Source: Azolla caroliniana
Lineage: Eukaryota > Plantae > Polypodiophyta
Assembly (NCBI GenBank): GCA_043228905.1
Contig: JBHGNT010000008.1
Location: 11,036,001-11,100,000 of the forward strand
Direction: 5' to 3'
DNA length: 64,000 nucleotides
The position numbers and the translations under genes were made by a program. The first letter of the stretch is position 1. Every line of letters begins with the position of its first letter. Positions 22,701 to 34,580 of this stretch are shown here, one piece after another. Under the pieces are notes generated by a model. It was not told the DNA's origin, did no database searches, and saw only the letters and a program-made list of their open reading frames with translations.

Positions 22701-23910
22701 CAACTTGTAGTCTTTATTGATAGGATACATAGCCAACCACATGATAGAATATCTCATCAAGCCTTTAAGGCCTCTCGATCATTGTATGAGTCCGGCTATA
22801 CTAGCTCATGGTATGGCATGATGGTGACTTGGCTTCTTGCGAATGGTCTAGACATTAATAACCTACCTCCCCTTAGGTACAACCACACGAGTGATAACAC
22901 CTTAATCTCTCATGAGAACCGCAATAAAGTAATACGCCAAGAAATATGGCAAATTTACACTCGGTGTAAATGGATCACCCCACTAGAGCCACTCCCATCT
23001 AAAATGTCGTACTATAAGAAACACTTCATGCACTTCTCTGAGTTAGGTTTTATCACACGGCCAAAATATCTAGATGTATTCTTACCACATGCACTAAGGG
23101 TTGCCATTGGACAACTTAGAATATCATCTCACCAACTTGAGATTGAAAATGGTCGTACTAGTGGAGTCCCTAGGGAGGAAAGGATATGTAGGTTATGTCA
23201 CATAGAGATAGAGGATGAGTACCACTTTACTTGCAAGTGTCCAACCTATGCCGAGATAAGGGCAAAATACCAAGACATACTTGGTCCGTCTCCCACCCTC
23301 CCCAAACTATTAGATACTCTAGATATAAAGAAATTAGGCAAATACATTCTAGAGCTAAAACAACACAGAGAGAATAAATTACAAAATGTTGACAATAATG
23401 CTGCTAATGATCACGAACATGTAACAAATGCAGTTTTTCAGGAACCTGAGGAGACAACGAATGCCGACACACTTGCACCACTCGGCCTTTCCATTGATGA
23501 GGCAGAAAACCAGAGAAGAACCAGACGTCCTCGGGTGCCGGGTTTCAAAACAACTCAACGTGATGTGGACGCAATATTGAAAATAAGGGAACGTGAGCTA
23601 CACCGCCTAGAAGCCATGGCTAGGGCACTCTCTACATTGGAACCCGCATCAAGACCCTTTGACCCCCCACTTCTTTTCGAGAGGCTTGGGTGGAAATAAA
23701 ATTAGGCTTAGTGTATAGTCACTTTCGAGTATACTACATATTGTACACTACTAGAACTCTTTTAGTTTAAGTTCTATTTTTTTTTACTTAATTTTATTTT
23801 TAGTTATGATGACTGGATAAATACTCTATTGTTGTAAACCAATTGTCTCATGGGCCAAATTTGGCCTTAGAAGACGTTAATACACCTTTCTTTCTTTCTT
23901 TCTTTCTTTC
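19794..23910 (+). mobile_element. 5'-truncated non-LTR retrotransposon (RTEX-like LINE) with a (TTTC)6 tail
   Basis: Inserted in the TTTC(TC)n tract of the E LTR (empty site at 28731-28750). ORF1 C-terminal remnant IYLDEDLT...ARKEG (to 19961), open ORF2, 3' UTR, tail at 23887-23910. Confidence 0.9.
19968..23699 (+). CDS. LINE ORF2: AP endonuclease, reverse transcriptase and C-terminal Cys/His finger, 1243 aa
   Basis: APE motifs WNCNG, VETH, GDFNAR, VDY, ADH; RT motifs QAGFR, FVDFRKAF, GVKQGCPLSP, YADD, YLG; finger CRLC...EDEYHFTCKC. Confidence 0.92.
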   Translation: MAHVTENALRMTLWNCNGALWAHPGRLEEILKVSDILFLVETHQSPNRGLPRVEGFRWESAFRQTSRRHTTRGSGGVAILFRRELHNRIEIMKIDPEARFMWVKVSTSKDHAVFFAICYFPPKGSRYNISGLTRLVDEGMPHGPSPYEPLSDDIIRYSSQGEVFLVGDFNARTQSRQCTVFQMNRNLEMVNVDPLDIGTTRRSKDQGADATSFGHHLLELGSRHQMVIYNGLAKWPGSEELTCFPHGGGESTVDYLIGRPTATHLINSFRVAPCPIGADHSFLYFELKCDISKVTKSSQPCHHTTIHFTHELSDIYSQHVQAHLPSIDPSLPLESLSTKLTHILHSAAASSFPYTKHSNQGRSGSMPQNKWYDEDCRDLHRQLAVSQLNGSITSTQARKEMRKMTRRKRRAWEASQYWELYHMLMSSDCATAWKRLREPRPQTPIEDPETWHTYTERLYQIPNQPPFPMPSQPRPTTGTLFTTSRVMKVIKKLQHRKSMDHTGLRAEHIIYARECLAPLLTLIFNRALAEGFPPQWTMNTVTPIHKGGDPMDPNTYRTIMIGHTLAKLYGAVMEAELSDYMETLNLRAPEQAGFRRAFSTIDHIFTLRCLIDQTRVRKKRLYCCFVDFRKAFNTVPRDRLSDRLKSLRIPDDMVWAIYALYEQVSGCVRCPGGLSNRFTSTIGVKQGCPLSPTLFGIYIDEITDFIAREGGTGVVLGDTQVRILLYADDIVLLSESEHDLQRHLNALDDFCVQRGLVVNLGKTKVLIFHTSAQVRAKCHLTISHSPVEVVGSYVYLGVTFSARSGKFSMTQAAKDRLTRGHASLSLLERQCHQPHFQEPRTKGWLFDSLVTPSLMYASAVWAPGLPSFMWTQLERPLVMMLSRQLRSKSTVPHDIIRAEFTLPPMLVEARFQLVVFIDRIHSQPHDRISHQAFKASRSLYESGYTSSWYGMMVTWLLANGLDINNLPPLRYNHTSDNTLISHENRNKVIRQEIWQIYTRCKWITPLEPLPSKMSYYKKHFMHFSELGFITRPKYLDVFLPHALRVAIGQLRISSHQLEIENGRTSGVPREERICRLCHIEIEDEYHFTCKCPTYAEIRAKYQDILGPSPTLPKLLDTLDIKKLGKYILELKQHRENKLQNVDNNAANDHEHVTNAVFQEPEETTNADTLAPLGLSIDEAENQRRTRRPRVPGFKTTQRDVDAILKIRERELHRLEAMARALSTLEPASRPFDPPLLFERLGWK

Positions 23911-24075
23911 TCTCTCTCTCTGTACAGTTACGCACACTGATCTCATGCAAAACAGAAAATGACAACAACAACTAAAAGTTTGCCCTAAGTCATATTTATA
24001 CTAATATGACTTTTCGGCTATTTACAAATATAGCCTCAATGAACTCTCAGAAAACATATTTACGAATATGTCTCT

Positions 24076-24300
24076 TCATCCGGTTCATACCGGGTCTGCA
24101 CCATCCGACTGTCCGTAGTCGGGTACTCCTCATCCGGTCTTTACCGGGTCTGTATCATCTGGCTCTCCGTAGCCGGGTACTCCTCATCCGGTCTTCACCG
24201 GGTCTGTATCATCCGGCTCTCCGTAGCCGGGTACTCCTCATCCGGTCTTCACCGGGTCTGTATCATCCGGCTCTCCGTAGCCGGGTACTCCTCATCCGGT
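24076..24300. repeat. 54-bp CCGG-rich tandem repeat in U3 of the copia E LTR (also about 28906-29077)
   Basis: Unit close to CCGGATGAGGAGTACCCGGCTACGGAGAGCCGGATGATACAGACCCGGTGAAGA (element sense). Confidence 0.9.
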
Positions 24301-24383
24301 TTCGGCCTCGGCCGAGATTGTTCATCGGTACTGTTCTTCTCCCTTCCCATCCCGAGGGACCTGTCTCCCAACAAACTCCCCCT

Positions 24384-27300
24384 TCACTCCGGCATGGGGT
24401 GTCTTACCAGTCCGATCCTCTTCCGACATGCGTCCAGCTTGTCGGGTGTCAGCACTTTGGTCAGCATATCTGACCCGTTCTCGGCCATGTGGATCTTCGT
24501 CAGTGCGAACTCCTGGTCATCTACTCTTTCCCGGATCCAGTGATACCTCCGCTGGATATGCTTCATCCGGGAATGGTAGGCCGCATTCTTAGCAAGGTGG
24601 ATGGCACTTTGATTGTCGCAATAGAGTCGGTATTCCTCTTGCCATATACCGAGCTCTCCGATTAAGTCCTTCATCCATAAAATTTCCTTGCCGACTTCCA
24701 CAACTGCCATGTACTCCGCCTCCGTGGTTGAAAATGCAACTGTCTTCTGCAGCATCGACTGCCATGAAACAACTCCCCCTGCATATGTCATTACATACCC
24801 GTATGTAGACCGGTTGGTATCCACATCAGCCGACGTGTCCGAATCGGTGAAACCGTCCAGTTGAGGTTTTCCGGAGCCGAATCGGAGACACATATTTGAA
24901 GTGCCCTTCAAATACCGGAGTATCCATTTGACCGCGTTCCAGTGCTCCTTGGCGGGATTACTCATGAACCGGCTCACCACTCCGACTGTGTATCCTATAT
25001 CCGGTCGAGTACAAACCATTGCGTACATCAAGCTCCTGACGGCAGAGGCATATGGAATCTTCATCATATCCGCCTTCTCTGCTTTCATCTTCGGGCTTTG
25101 CTTGCCGGATAGCCTGCAATTTGCCGGAAGTGTCGATCCGACCGGTTTCGCTTCTGACATGTTGAACTGGTGAAGCACCTTTGTCACATACTTCTCCTGT
25201 GACAGCCATAATTGCTTCGCTGACCGGTTCCGGATGATGTGCATCCCCAACATCTGCCTTGCCGGACCCAAGTCTTTCATTGAGAAGGTCCGGTTGAGAG
25301 CCTTCTTCAGCATCCGTATTTTTACTTGGTCACGTCCGACAATCAACATGTCATCCACGTACAGAAGGAGTATTAGGAAGTCGCCTCCTTCGAACTTCTT
25401 CACAAACACGCAGTGATCGGCCTGCGTCTTGTGGTACCCTTGATCGGTCATGAAGGAATCGAACTTCCGGTACCATTGTCGGGGAGCCTGTTTCAGTCCG
25501 TACAGGCTCTTCTTCAACAGACATACCAGGTGCACCTTCCCTTTCTCCACGAATCCTTCTGGTTGTTGCATGTAGATCTCCTCTTCGAGGCCGCCGTGAA
25601 GGAATGACGTCTTCACGTCCAGCTGCTCTACCTCGAGGTCCATGCTTGCTGCTATACTCAGCACCGTCCGGATGGAGGTCATCTTTACTACCGGGGCAAA
25701 TATCTCGTCGAAGTCCACGCCCTTCTTCTGCTGGACACCACGATCCTGGCTTTGTATCTCGGGGGTTTGCCGGCATCTCCCGGTTTCAACTTGTACACCC
25801 ACTTGTTTCGGACTGCCCGCTTTCCTTTCGGCAACTCCACCAATTCGTACGTATGGTTCTCATGCAGGGAATCCATCTCATCCTGCATGGCACTTAACCA
25901 TTTTCGGCTGTGGGTGTCTTCCTTCGCTTCTTCGAAGCTTTCCGGCTCCCCCTCATCAATCAGCAGAACATGCTCTGCATCCGGAAATCTCCGGGGCGCC
26001 CTTCTCTCTCTGAGAGGATATCTCCGTCTTCGGGCTTCGGTAACCGGCTCGTCCATCTGCTCTTCATCCGAATCCGATTCGGGGTCTTGGCCGGTTCTGG
26101 TTTCAGCTTCCTCTACTTCTTCTTCAACCTGTTCGGTATCCTCGCCGTAACCGGCTAGTCCCTCGAGTGCTAACCGATCTCTTGCCGGCTGGGTCTGTTC
26201 ATCGTAGAGTTGATCCTTACCGGTCGACTCACAGTTCATTATCTTCTTCTCCGACTCCCAGTCAGCGAGCGTCTTGTTCTCCATGAAGATAATATCTCGA
26301 CTCCGGAATACCTTCTTGGCGACCAGGTCCCACACTCGGTAGCCGAACTCATCGTCACCGTAACCGAGGAATATGCATGGCCGGGTCTTTGGGTCTAACT
26401 TTCCTCTCCGGTCCTTAGCTACATGCACATACGCGAGACACCCGAACACCTTCAGATGCCGGTAGGATACTTCCTTACCGGTCCACACTCTCTGTGGCGT
26501 GTCTCCGTCCAAGGGTACTGAGGGTGATCTGTTTATCACGTATGTCGCCGTCGACAATGCCTCAGCCCAAAAATTCTTGGGTAGTTTTGCATGCGCTAGC
26601 ATACTCCGGACCCTCTCCATTATGGTCCGGTTCATCCTCTCGGCCAGTCCGTTTAGTTCCCGCGTCTTCGGCACGGTAAATTCGAGCCGGATTCCCTTCG
26701 AGCGGTAGTACTCCATGAATTGCCCCTGGTATTCTCCTCTGTTATCTGCTCGAACCGCCTTCAGCTTCCGGCCGGTTTCTCTTTCCACTCTCGCGTGGAG
26801 CTCTTTGAAGACGGATAACACCTAATCCTTCGTCTTCAACGGTGTGGCCCATAACTTCCGGTTGTGGTCATCTATGAACGTCACGAAGTACTGCGCTCCG
26901 GCATGTGACTTCGTATCTACCTGACACACATCCGTATGCACCAACTCCAGTGGTGTATTACGTCTCATCGGTGGCCTTGGTCGGAAGAAGGTCCGGTTTT
27001 GCTTACCGGCCAGACAATCAGTGCACTTCTCTAAGTGCATGTCCTTCACTGGAATGAGGTTGTCGTCTGCAAGCCTCTTCATCCCCTTCTCGCTCATATG
27101 ACACAGCCTCTTGTGCCACAGCTCACCGGCAGTGTCGGAAGCCACGTTCACTTCTTCTGGACATAACCGGGCATTCATCAGGTACAGGGTGTTTACCTTC
27201 CGGGCCCTAGCCACAATTAGGCTCCCTTTGCTGAACTTCATGACGCCGTTCCGGATGTTACCCGTGTAGCCTTCATCATCTAGCCGACCGGCTGATATCA

Positions 27301-28423
27301 GGTTCAGACGAACCTCCGGAACGTGTCGGACATCCTTCAGTAGCAGCTTGCATCCGGTTGGTGTCAACAGCCACACGTCTCCTATGCCGACAATTCGGCA
27401 TGTTTCTTCATTCCCCATCCAGACACAGCTGTGATCACCAGCTGAGTAGGATGAGAAGCACTTCCGGTCCGGGGTAAGGTGGAACGACGCTCCGGAGTCT
27501 ACCACCCAGGTCATCTCGTCGCTGGCAAGGTTTATCTCACTCTCCTCGGTGATGAGCATCAACTCTTCTTCACTTGCCGCGATTGCCGTCGTTCCCTTCC
27601 GGTCTGGTCCCCTACGGTCTTTACCGTTCCGGTCCGGTGTCCGCTTCGAGTCGGTACCATCGATCTCCTTGTATTTTCGGAAATGCCGATAGTTCTTTTG
27701 GAAGTGTCCCGGCTTGCCGCAATAGAAGCAAGTAGGCCTCCCCCTTGACTTTGACCGTGTCCCCGACTTCTCCCGGTTCTGGGGACTACGGTTTCTATGT
27801 CTTCCGCGTTCCGATTCGGTAATGAGCGCTTTGGAGTCGGAGCTCGTATCCTTATCTTTCCTACGCACCTCCTCATCTAGCAAGCTCGACTTTACTCTTG
27901 CTAGGGATAACCGCTTTCCTTCCGGCCCGGCGTTACCCAAAGTGACAACCAACGTCTGCCAGCTATCCGGGAGGGAGCCGAGCAGGAGTAGCGCTAGTAC
28001 CTCATCGGCGAGAGGTACTTCCAATGAAGTTGCCTGGTGGATCAGCCCTTGGAAGGCATTCATGTGCTCCGCCATGTTGGAGCCATCTTGGTACCGGAGT
28101 CTTACTAGCTTCCGGAATACCGACACCTGATTGACAACATTTTTGTTTTGAAACATTATGCCGATCTTCTCCCAGAGCTCATGAGCCTTGCTCTCTTCAT
28201 TGAAGTTGTTGTATAGGCTCATGTCGATGAAGCACTGTATGTACGCCGTTGTCTTCATGTGCATCACCTCCCATGTTGTGGCGTTGATCTTGTCCGGTCT
28301 CTTGTCCCCAAACTAAACCGGTAGCCAAAGATCTTTAACCACGAGCATGTCTCTCATCTTCGACTTCCACACTGAATAGTTGGTGCCGGTGAGCTTAAAC
28401 ATGCCGCCAAACGATTCGTCCAT
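24384..28423 (-). pseudogene. Copia E gag-pol with two in-frame TAG stops and an RT frameshift deletion
   Basis: ORFs 28313-28495, 26822-28267 (CFYCGKPGH, VDSGAS), 25688-26821 (INT) and 24384-25802 (YVDD, RH). Confidence 0.92.
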
Positions 28424-30130
28424 TTTCTGCGTCGTTTCGCTCTGATACCACTTGACGGGAACCCAACGTTCCTTATGCGTGACGCTCGGCCACAACCGAG
28501 CTTAGAATGATACACAGAAAATGGGAAATAATAAAAAACACGACACAAAGAAGAAGAGAATACACAGGAGGTTTACGTGGAAAACCCCAAACTAGGGGAA
28601 AAACCACGGCAGCCCACAGGCTGCAAACTGTCACTATGTAATAATATACAACAGTGAGCTCACTGAGGCATCGACCTCGTGCTCACAGATCTTCGCCAGA
28701 AGCGGCGGTTACAACGGAGGCAACGACCTCTTTCTCTCTCTCTCTCTCTCTGTACAGTTACGCACACTGATCTCATGCAAAACAGAAAATGACAACAACA
28801 ACTAAAAGTTTGCCCTAAGTCATATTTATACTAATATGACTTTTCGGCTATTTACAAATATAGCCTCGATGAACTCTCAGAAAACATATTTACGAATATG
28901 TCTCTTCATCCGGTTCATACCGGGTCTGCACCATCCGGCTCTCCGTAGCCGGGTACTCCTCATCCGGTCTTCACTGGGTCTGTATCATCCGGCTCTCCGT
29001 AGCCGGGTACTCCTCATCCGGTCTTCACCGGGTCTGTATCATCCGGCTCTCCGTAGCCGGGTACTCCTCATCCGGTTTCGGCCTCGGCCTATCGGCCTTG
29101 GCCGAGTTTGTTCATCGGCACTGTTCTTCTCCCTTCGCATTCGGAGGGACCTGTCTCCCAGCAACATATTGTACTCACATTGGTCAACTGTGTGAGCCTT
29201 CAAGTGGCAGATTGGGCAGTGGATTCGCATATTGCAGTCCACTGCGGAATGCCCCGAGTTCAAGCAAATCGTGCACTGGATTGCTTGACGAAATTGGCGT
29301 TCCTCATCCTGAGGTAACGCTTGTAGTAAGGAGGACATAGAAAACCTTCCCTCCTCGTTATCCAACTCAAGCTGTGACGCTCGTTCAATTACCATAGCTG
29401 CCGTTTCCCTTTTCATGCTATTGTTGTTGAGCGTTGCCCGGATGGGTCGGCGTAAAGCTGCCAGAAATGTTTCCCGAGCCTCGTATACTACGGGGCTTCG
29501 TTCCAACTTTCGTTGTAAATTTTGGAAGCATAAGCTGAAATCCGCTATCGTCTCTATCGGCAGTTGCTTGATCGTATAAAACTGTCCGAGGATTTCGCGT
29601 TGCGGAACCCTCCGATGGAAGAATTGCAAGAACGCGGACTGCAGCTGATCGAAGGTTGTTATTGCTGGTAAATCCATTTGTGAATGCCAAAACGCGGCTC
29701 GCCCATCTAATGTTAACCCAAACTCTATCATTTTTGACTGGTGTGCTACCGCCTCCGAAAGGCTCTGCGCCAAGTGGTTCGCATTCCAGACATTCAAGAA
29801 CATGCGAATATGCGTTGTGGCATCGGTTTCGCCATTAAAGCGGGGGTAGGCAAAGGCCATGGTGGGAGCTACGGCGGGTCGGGAAAGGCCACCAGGTGGC
29901 TGTGGTGAGCATAGTCCCCGCGTCTTGTCGAGGTATTTGGGGAGTGAAGAATCACCTTTGTACTCAGGACAGGTAGTACTGAGGTCACTGAGGCGTGGCT
30001 TTTGCCCTGCACATTCTTCTGCCTGTCGTGTGACGGACCTTGTTATTGGCCGGTCTTGTCGTGTTGGTTCTCTGGGGCGTCTGTGGCTAAACATCCATTC
30101 GTTGTTGCTCGTCTATGAGAAAACACAAAT

Positions 30131-30144
30131 CACCAAGCGTGCCA
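30131..30144 (-). promoter_or_regulatory. PBS of element D, probably tRNA-Arg(UCU)
   Basis: TGGCACGCTTGGTG 4 nt after the LTR end ...GGCAACA (30149). It equals TGGCACGCCCGGTG with two C>T changes. Confidence 0.75.
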
Positions 30145-30499
30145 AAAGTGTTGCCGATTAGGAACACGGTCCGCGGTTAGTCCTTTGACCTAGACCTCAA
30201 AGTGGGTGTGGAACAACGAACAGGTGTTTAAGCGTACTGCGTAGGGGAAGAATCCCTGTAACCTATCAGTGCATAAGGGAGACGGCTACAACCGAATCCC
30301 TATCATGGGTTACACTTACGTACTTACACGCTTAGGTATTCAAGACACACATAGTGAATTAGCCGTAGCTATACACAGGAAATCAGAGAAGATAGAATTC
30401 TATTATCGGGCGTTTCTTTACATTCCCAAAATTACACACACCCCTATCAGAGGTTTTTCTGCCCTTTATATACGCAGGGTCTATTTAGCCGTTCACGCT

Positions 30500-33400
30500 T
30501 CCTGCATGAACTGTTCACGCTTTGTCCGTCGATTACTATTCCGGCGGACAACAAGAGGCGAGACCGCAAGGGCCTTGAACGAAGGAGCGTGAGAAAGAAG
30601 AGAGAGAGCAACTTGCAGAAATACAAAGGGAGAAAGAGAGAACAAAGTCTTAATTACAAAATCAATAACTATTACAACCGGCAAGCCGACAACGGACCCA
30701 ACTCAGGCGAACACACACACACACACTATGCTCACGCACGCACACAACCCGACTGCACAGTGGAGCCTTTGCCGGAAGCACACGGGCTGTCCACGAAGCA
30801 GAGGCAACACAGGTCGAAATGCTGCAAAGAAAGAAGAACGATGGAGGAGAGATCTCAGTCCCGGTCCGACAACACTTCCCCCTCGCTCCCCAAAACGCGA
30901 TATCTTTATCCGCCTTCTTCCCTCCCTTTTGTAGGCCGTTGAGGCAGGCCGTTGCACCCTCGTTTTCCTCAATTTATTCTCTGTCCTTCCGGACAAAGAT
31001 ACTCTTCGATTTCCTAGACATTTAGTGTGTGACATCTCCTCTATTTACACCCACCGTCCTACTCTTAGTTATGTACAAGGTATTAGTTGGTGTGGAAAAG
31101 TGTAGGGCTGGTTCACGCGCCCTGCTTTTGCCGATTCCGCTTTTGGCCGGTTTTCTTCACGACATCTACCCCCACCAAACCACGCATTCACTGGTATGCG
31201 CCGGAGAGGGACATATACAAGAGAAAACCGGCTCGCGTTTACTCGTCACTTCCCGAATTATCGGCGTCCCCAAACCGATCATCGTCGTTATCACTCCCCC
31301 ACTCTGGCTCGTCTTCGTACCGCTTCTTGGTTGTCGAGGCTGTTGTCGTAAACCAGCACCCAGTCGCCTTCCTCGATCTTCTTCGATCGTAGCCGGTGCA
31401 TCCGGTCGAACCGGGTTTTGTTTCTCCTTCACCCGTTCCACGTCCTCCTGCCTCCGCTCAAGTTGCCGGATCCGCGCCGCCAACAACTCTTCCCGGCTCA
31501 TTTCGTCCTTCCAGCCCACCGCGGCCCACGAAGAAATCTTCCTTTCCATCGGCATGATCGGCTTCTGCCAGTACATTAGTTCTGTTGGCATGAACCCTGT
31601 TACCGAACTGTGCGTAGTCCGGTCCGCCCACAATGCATAGGGCAAGAGCCGCGGCTAGTTTCCGACTTGGCCTCCACACGCCCGTACTAACACTTTGATG
31701 AACGGTCTGTGTTCGCGTTCCACCTTCCCGTTAGCCTTCGGATTGTACGTCGTGGTGAGCGAGAGTTTAACCCCTAGCCGGTCAAACAACTCTTCAACCT
31801 CTTGCGTGTCTAGTTCTCCGCGGTCGGCCACGATCTTGCCAATGCACCCGTACCGGCATACCACATCTTCGATTAGAAACCAGCATCTTCTTTACAGATG
31901 CCGAAGGTATTGGCACACGGCCTTGGTCGTTTTGTTCTGCAACGCTCGGCCTTCCACCTGGTTCGTCAGGTCCTTCCGAGCCAACACCAGATATCGCAGC
32001 TAGCCTACCCCCATCGGCATCGTCACCAGATCCACCATCCACTTGAAGTGGATGGTCGGAGGGTAGGTTGGGTGAAGCTCGTCTCGATGTTGGACTATGG
32101 AGTGCATCTGACAGCTTTCACAAGTCGTTACGAACCGATGCACGTCCCGGTATAGTCCCGACCACCAGTATTTCCCCTTCAGCTTTTCAAATGTGGCCCA
32201 TGTCCCGCGGTGTCCGGCCCAAGGACTCTCCTGGTACGCCATAAGCAGCGCTTTCTACTCGTCATCCCGTGCCACTACGCAGAGTGGGGTACCGCTTCGC
32301 TTCTTCGGGTGCTTCCATATGCACCCTTCCCGTAGGAAGAACCGGTACTCCTTCTTCCGCACCTGGCGAGCCTCTTCTCTCGTCCACACCGCGTCTGGCA
32401 TCATCGTCCCTAGGAATCTCCCAATTCGAAGCCACTCTCCATTGTATTCGCTCTCGTCGAACTCGTTAAGCGCCGAAGTGCTCCCCTTTCTTCTTGTTAC
32501 GTAGGCCACCTCAAAGAAGTCCACGCCGACTTCCTCGTTATCCGAAACCATGCAGTCCTCGTCACTGAACCGCGCCCTTGAAAGCATATCGGCCATGGCG
32601 TTATCCTTCCCGGAGATGTGCCGTATCTCCGGGTTCAGGGACTTGATGTACACGATTCACCTGAGCATCGCCAGGTCCGGAGTCGCGCATCCGGAAACCA
32701 TACCCAAAATCGTTAGGCAGTCTGTCTCGATGATTACTTCTGTCCTGATCAGATAGTCTTTGTCGACCTTAACTGCCGAAACGATACCCCATAGGTCGCG
32801 CTTAACTTGGGTGTATCGTCGTTGCCGCTCGCTCAATACCTTCGCCTCGAACCGGATCGGGAACTGTACGCCGTCCTTGTCCTCCTGACTGATTGATCAA
32901 CCACCCGATCCCAGTCGGGCTCGTGTCCACCATCACATAGATGGGGACTTCCTTGCCGTAAACCGCTTTCCGGAGAGCCGGTGCCGTGGCGAGCGCCTCC
33001 TTCAGTCTTTGGACCGACTCTGTGTGCTCCGTCCTCCACTCAAACCTACGCCCTTTCTTCAATAGCCCGTAGAGCGGTTCCGCGACATATGCGTAGTGCG
33101 GAATCCAGATGTGATAGAACGCACACGCACCTAAGAATCTATGGACCTCTGCAACCGACCCACAATCATCCTTCATCACGGAGATGGCTTCTACCTTTCT
33201 CGGGGACGGTTTCCGGCCATAGGGCTCGCACAGGTGTCTGACTACCAGGATCTCTGTCTGCCCAAACGTTAATTTCTCTCTAGAGCAGGTGAGTCGTGCG
33301 CTCTCGAGCCTCTGCAACACCTTATCGCAGTCGTCGATGTGGTTCGCGACGAACCTTCGGCATCCGTCCGGGCCGACCGTTTCTTCTACATCCTCCACCG

Positions 33401-34580
33401 GACACCCCTTTATCAGTATGTCGTCTAGGAACGACATAGTGATGTCTGGGATGCAGTCCCTCAGCACCTTGTTCATCGCATTCACCATGTGCGCCACCGA
33501 GTTCGTTCCCCCTTGCGGTAGGGTACACATCTGAACTAGGCTGAGAGGAGTCCGCATCGTCGTGATGTCCCTGCTCTCTACGACTAGTTGGAACTGGTCG
33601 TACCCCGAGTATAAGTCACCGACCGAATAGATCGACCTTCCGGCGAAGGCCTCCGTGAACTCGTCTATGGTCGGCCCGATTCCTGCATTACGGATGGTCA
33701 CCTTGTTGACTGGTTTGAGATGTGAGCTCTAGGCACTGCAATCGGTTTGAGATTCCACGGCACATGCGGTACCGTGAAGATCACCATTGGCTCGACAATT
33801 GTCGAGTCTACGCACCCGATCTCCTCTGGTGAGAATGTGAAGGCCTTCCCGTGCCTTCCGAGCATCCTCTGAAACCGGTCCTCCTGCTCCGGGAGTAGAA
33901 AGCCACCCTCACCAACCTTGAGCTCCCGTAGCGTTATGTCGGTGAATCGGTGCCCTATGCCGGCTGGATTCCGTAAACTTGGGTCCTATGCGACCCCCTT
34001 TATCCGTTCTCCGCTGCCCTCCGGCAAGGGTGTCGCAACTGGCCTCACCTTCCGGTCCACAGTCTTATACTTCGTATCCACGCGGGCCGTTCGATCCAAC
34101 CTGATCCTCTCCCCGAAGTCCGTGATGATTTCGTACATTCCCATCGAGCTAACCGGAACGGTCCAGTCTTCGCTAAGGCCTTCACCGACCACCTTTCGTA
34201 ATTCGCCCAAGGTGTCGTCAAAAGACACCGCCTCCACGGCGCCGCTAATTTCTTTGTCGGGGGAAAGGACTCCACACACCCTAAGTCGTCTCTCCGCCCG
34301 CTTCCTCTCTTGGCTACTGATGCCGGTTAACGTAGAACCTCCATTTTCGGAGAGCCAAACTTTCCTACCTATAATACATGTGTGGGGTTCTTCCAGGGTG
34401 TCCGGACTATCGCGACCCCTATCTAAAAATCCCCTCGGCTATCGCCCAGAGGGTCTCGTGGTTTCGCTCGTGGTTGGGTCGCATTGTCATGAATTGGACG
34501 GACTGCCAACCATCTTGGCTCTTGACGTGCGCAGACGCCAACCCGTTGTCCATCGTCACTTTCGTCTCCATGCATGCGGT
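30500..34580 (-). mobile_element. Ty3/gypsy family B copy 2 (RT-RH-INT, PPT, partial 3' LTR 30500-31164)
   Basis: RT 32802-33701 (GDLYSGYDQ, LPQGGTNS, FLDD); RH/INT fragments 31166-32653; LTR starts TGTCGTG at 31164. Confidence 0.9.

Larger units (their letters stand above)
19500..29163 (-). mobile_element. Full-length Ty1/copia element E (defective) with a LINE in its 3' LTR
   Basis: 5' LTR 28453-29163; 3' LTR 19500-24373 (interrupted); TSD ACATA (19495-19499 and 29164-29168); tRNA-iMet PBS TGGTATCAGAGC at 28439-28450; PPT GGAGTGAAGGGGGAG at about 24376-24390; gag-PR-INT-RT-RH order. Confidence 0.95.
3211..30499 (-). mobile_element. Decayed non-chromoviral Ty3/gypsy element D; host of C, E and the LINE; truncated at both ends
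   Basis: 5' LTR remnant 30149-30499, PBS 30131-30144, gag 29164-30094 continuing below 19499 (EYNM|LNRAT rejoined across TSD ACATA), PR-RT-RH-INT fragments about 15810-19190, T-tract 15731-15757, ORF2 fragments 14974-15658 and 3213-5412. Confidence 0.85.

Noticed and set aside
24076-24300. 54-bp repeats as a CRISPR array
   Set aside because: Head-to-tail units with no unique spacers, inside LTRs, and no cas genes.
24006-24473. Repeat-containing ORFs in copia LTRs (also 28836-29195, 43746-44287, 48613-49146)
   Set aside because: Open only because the 54-bp unit is a stop-free multiple of 3; frames differ between E and F.
1-30499. 1-577 and 30149-30499 as terminal inverted repeats of a 30-kb element
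   Set aside because: They are LTRs of one family in opposite orientations; the second has a PBS and gag next to it.
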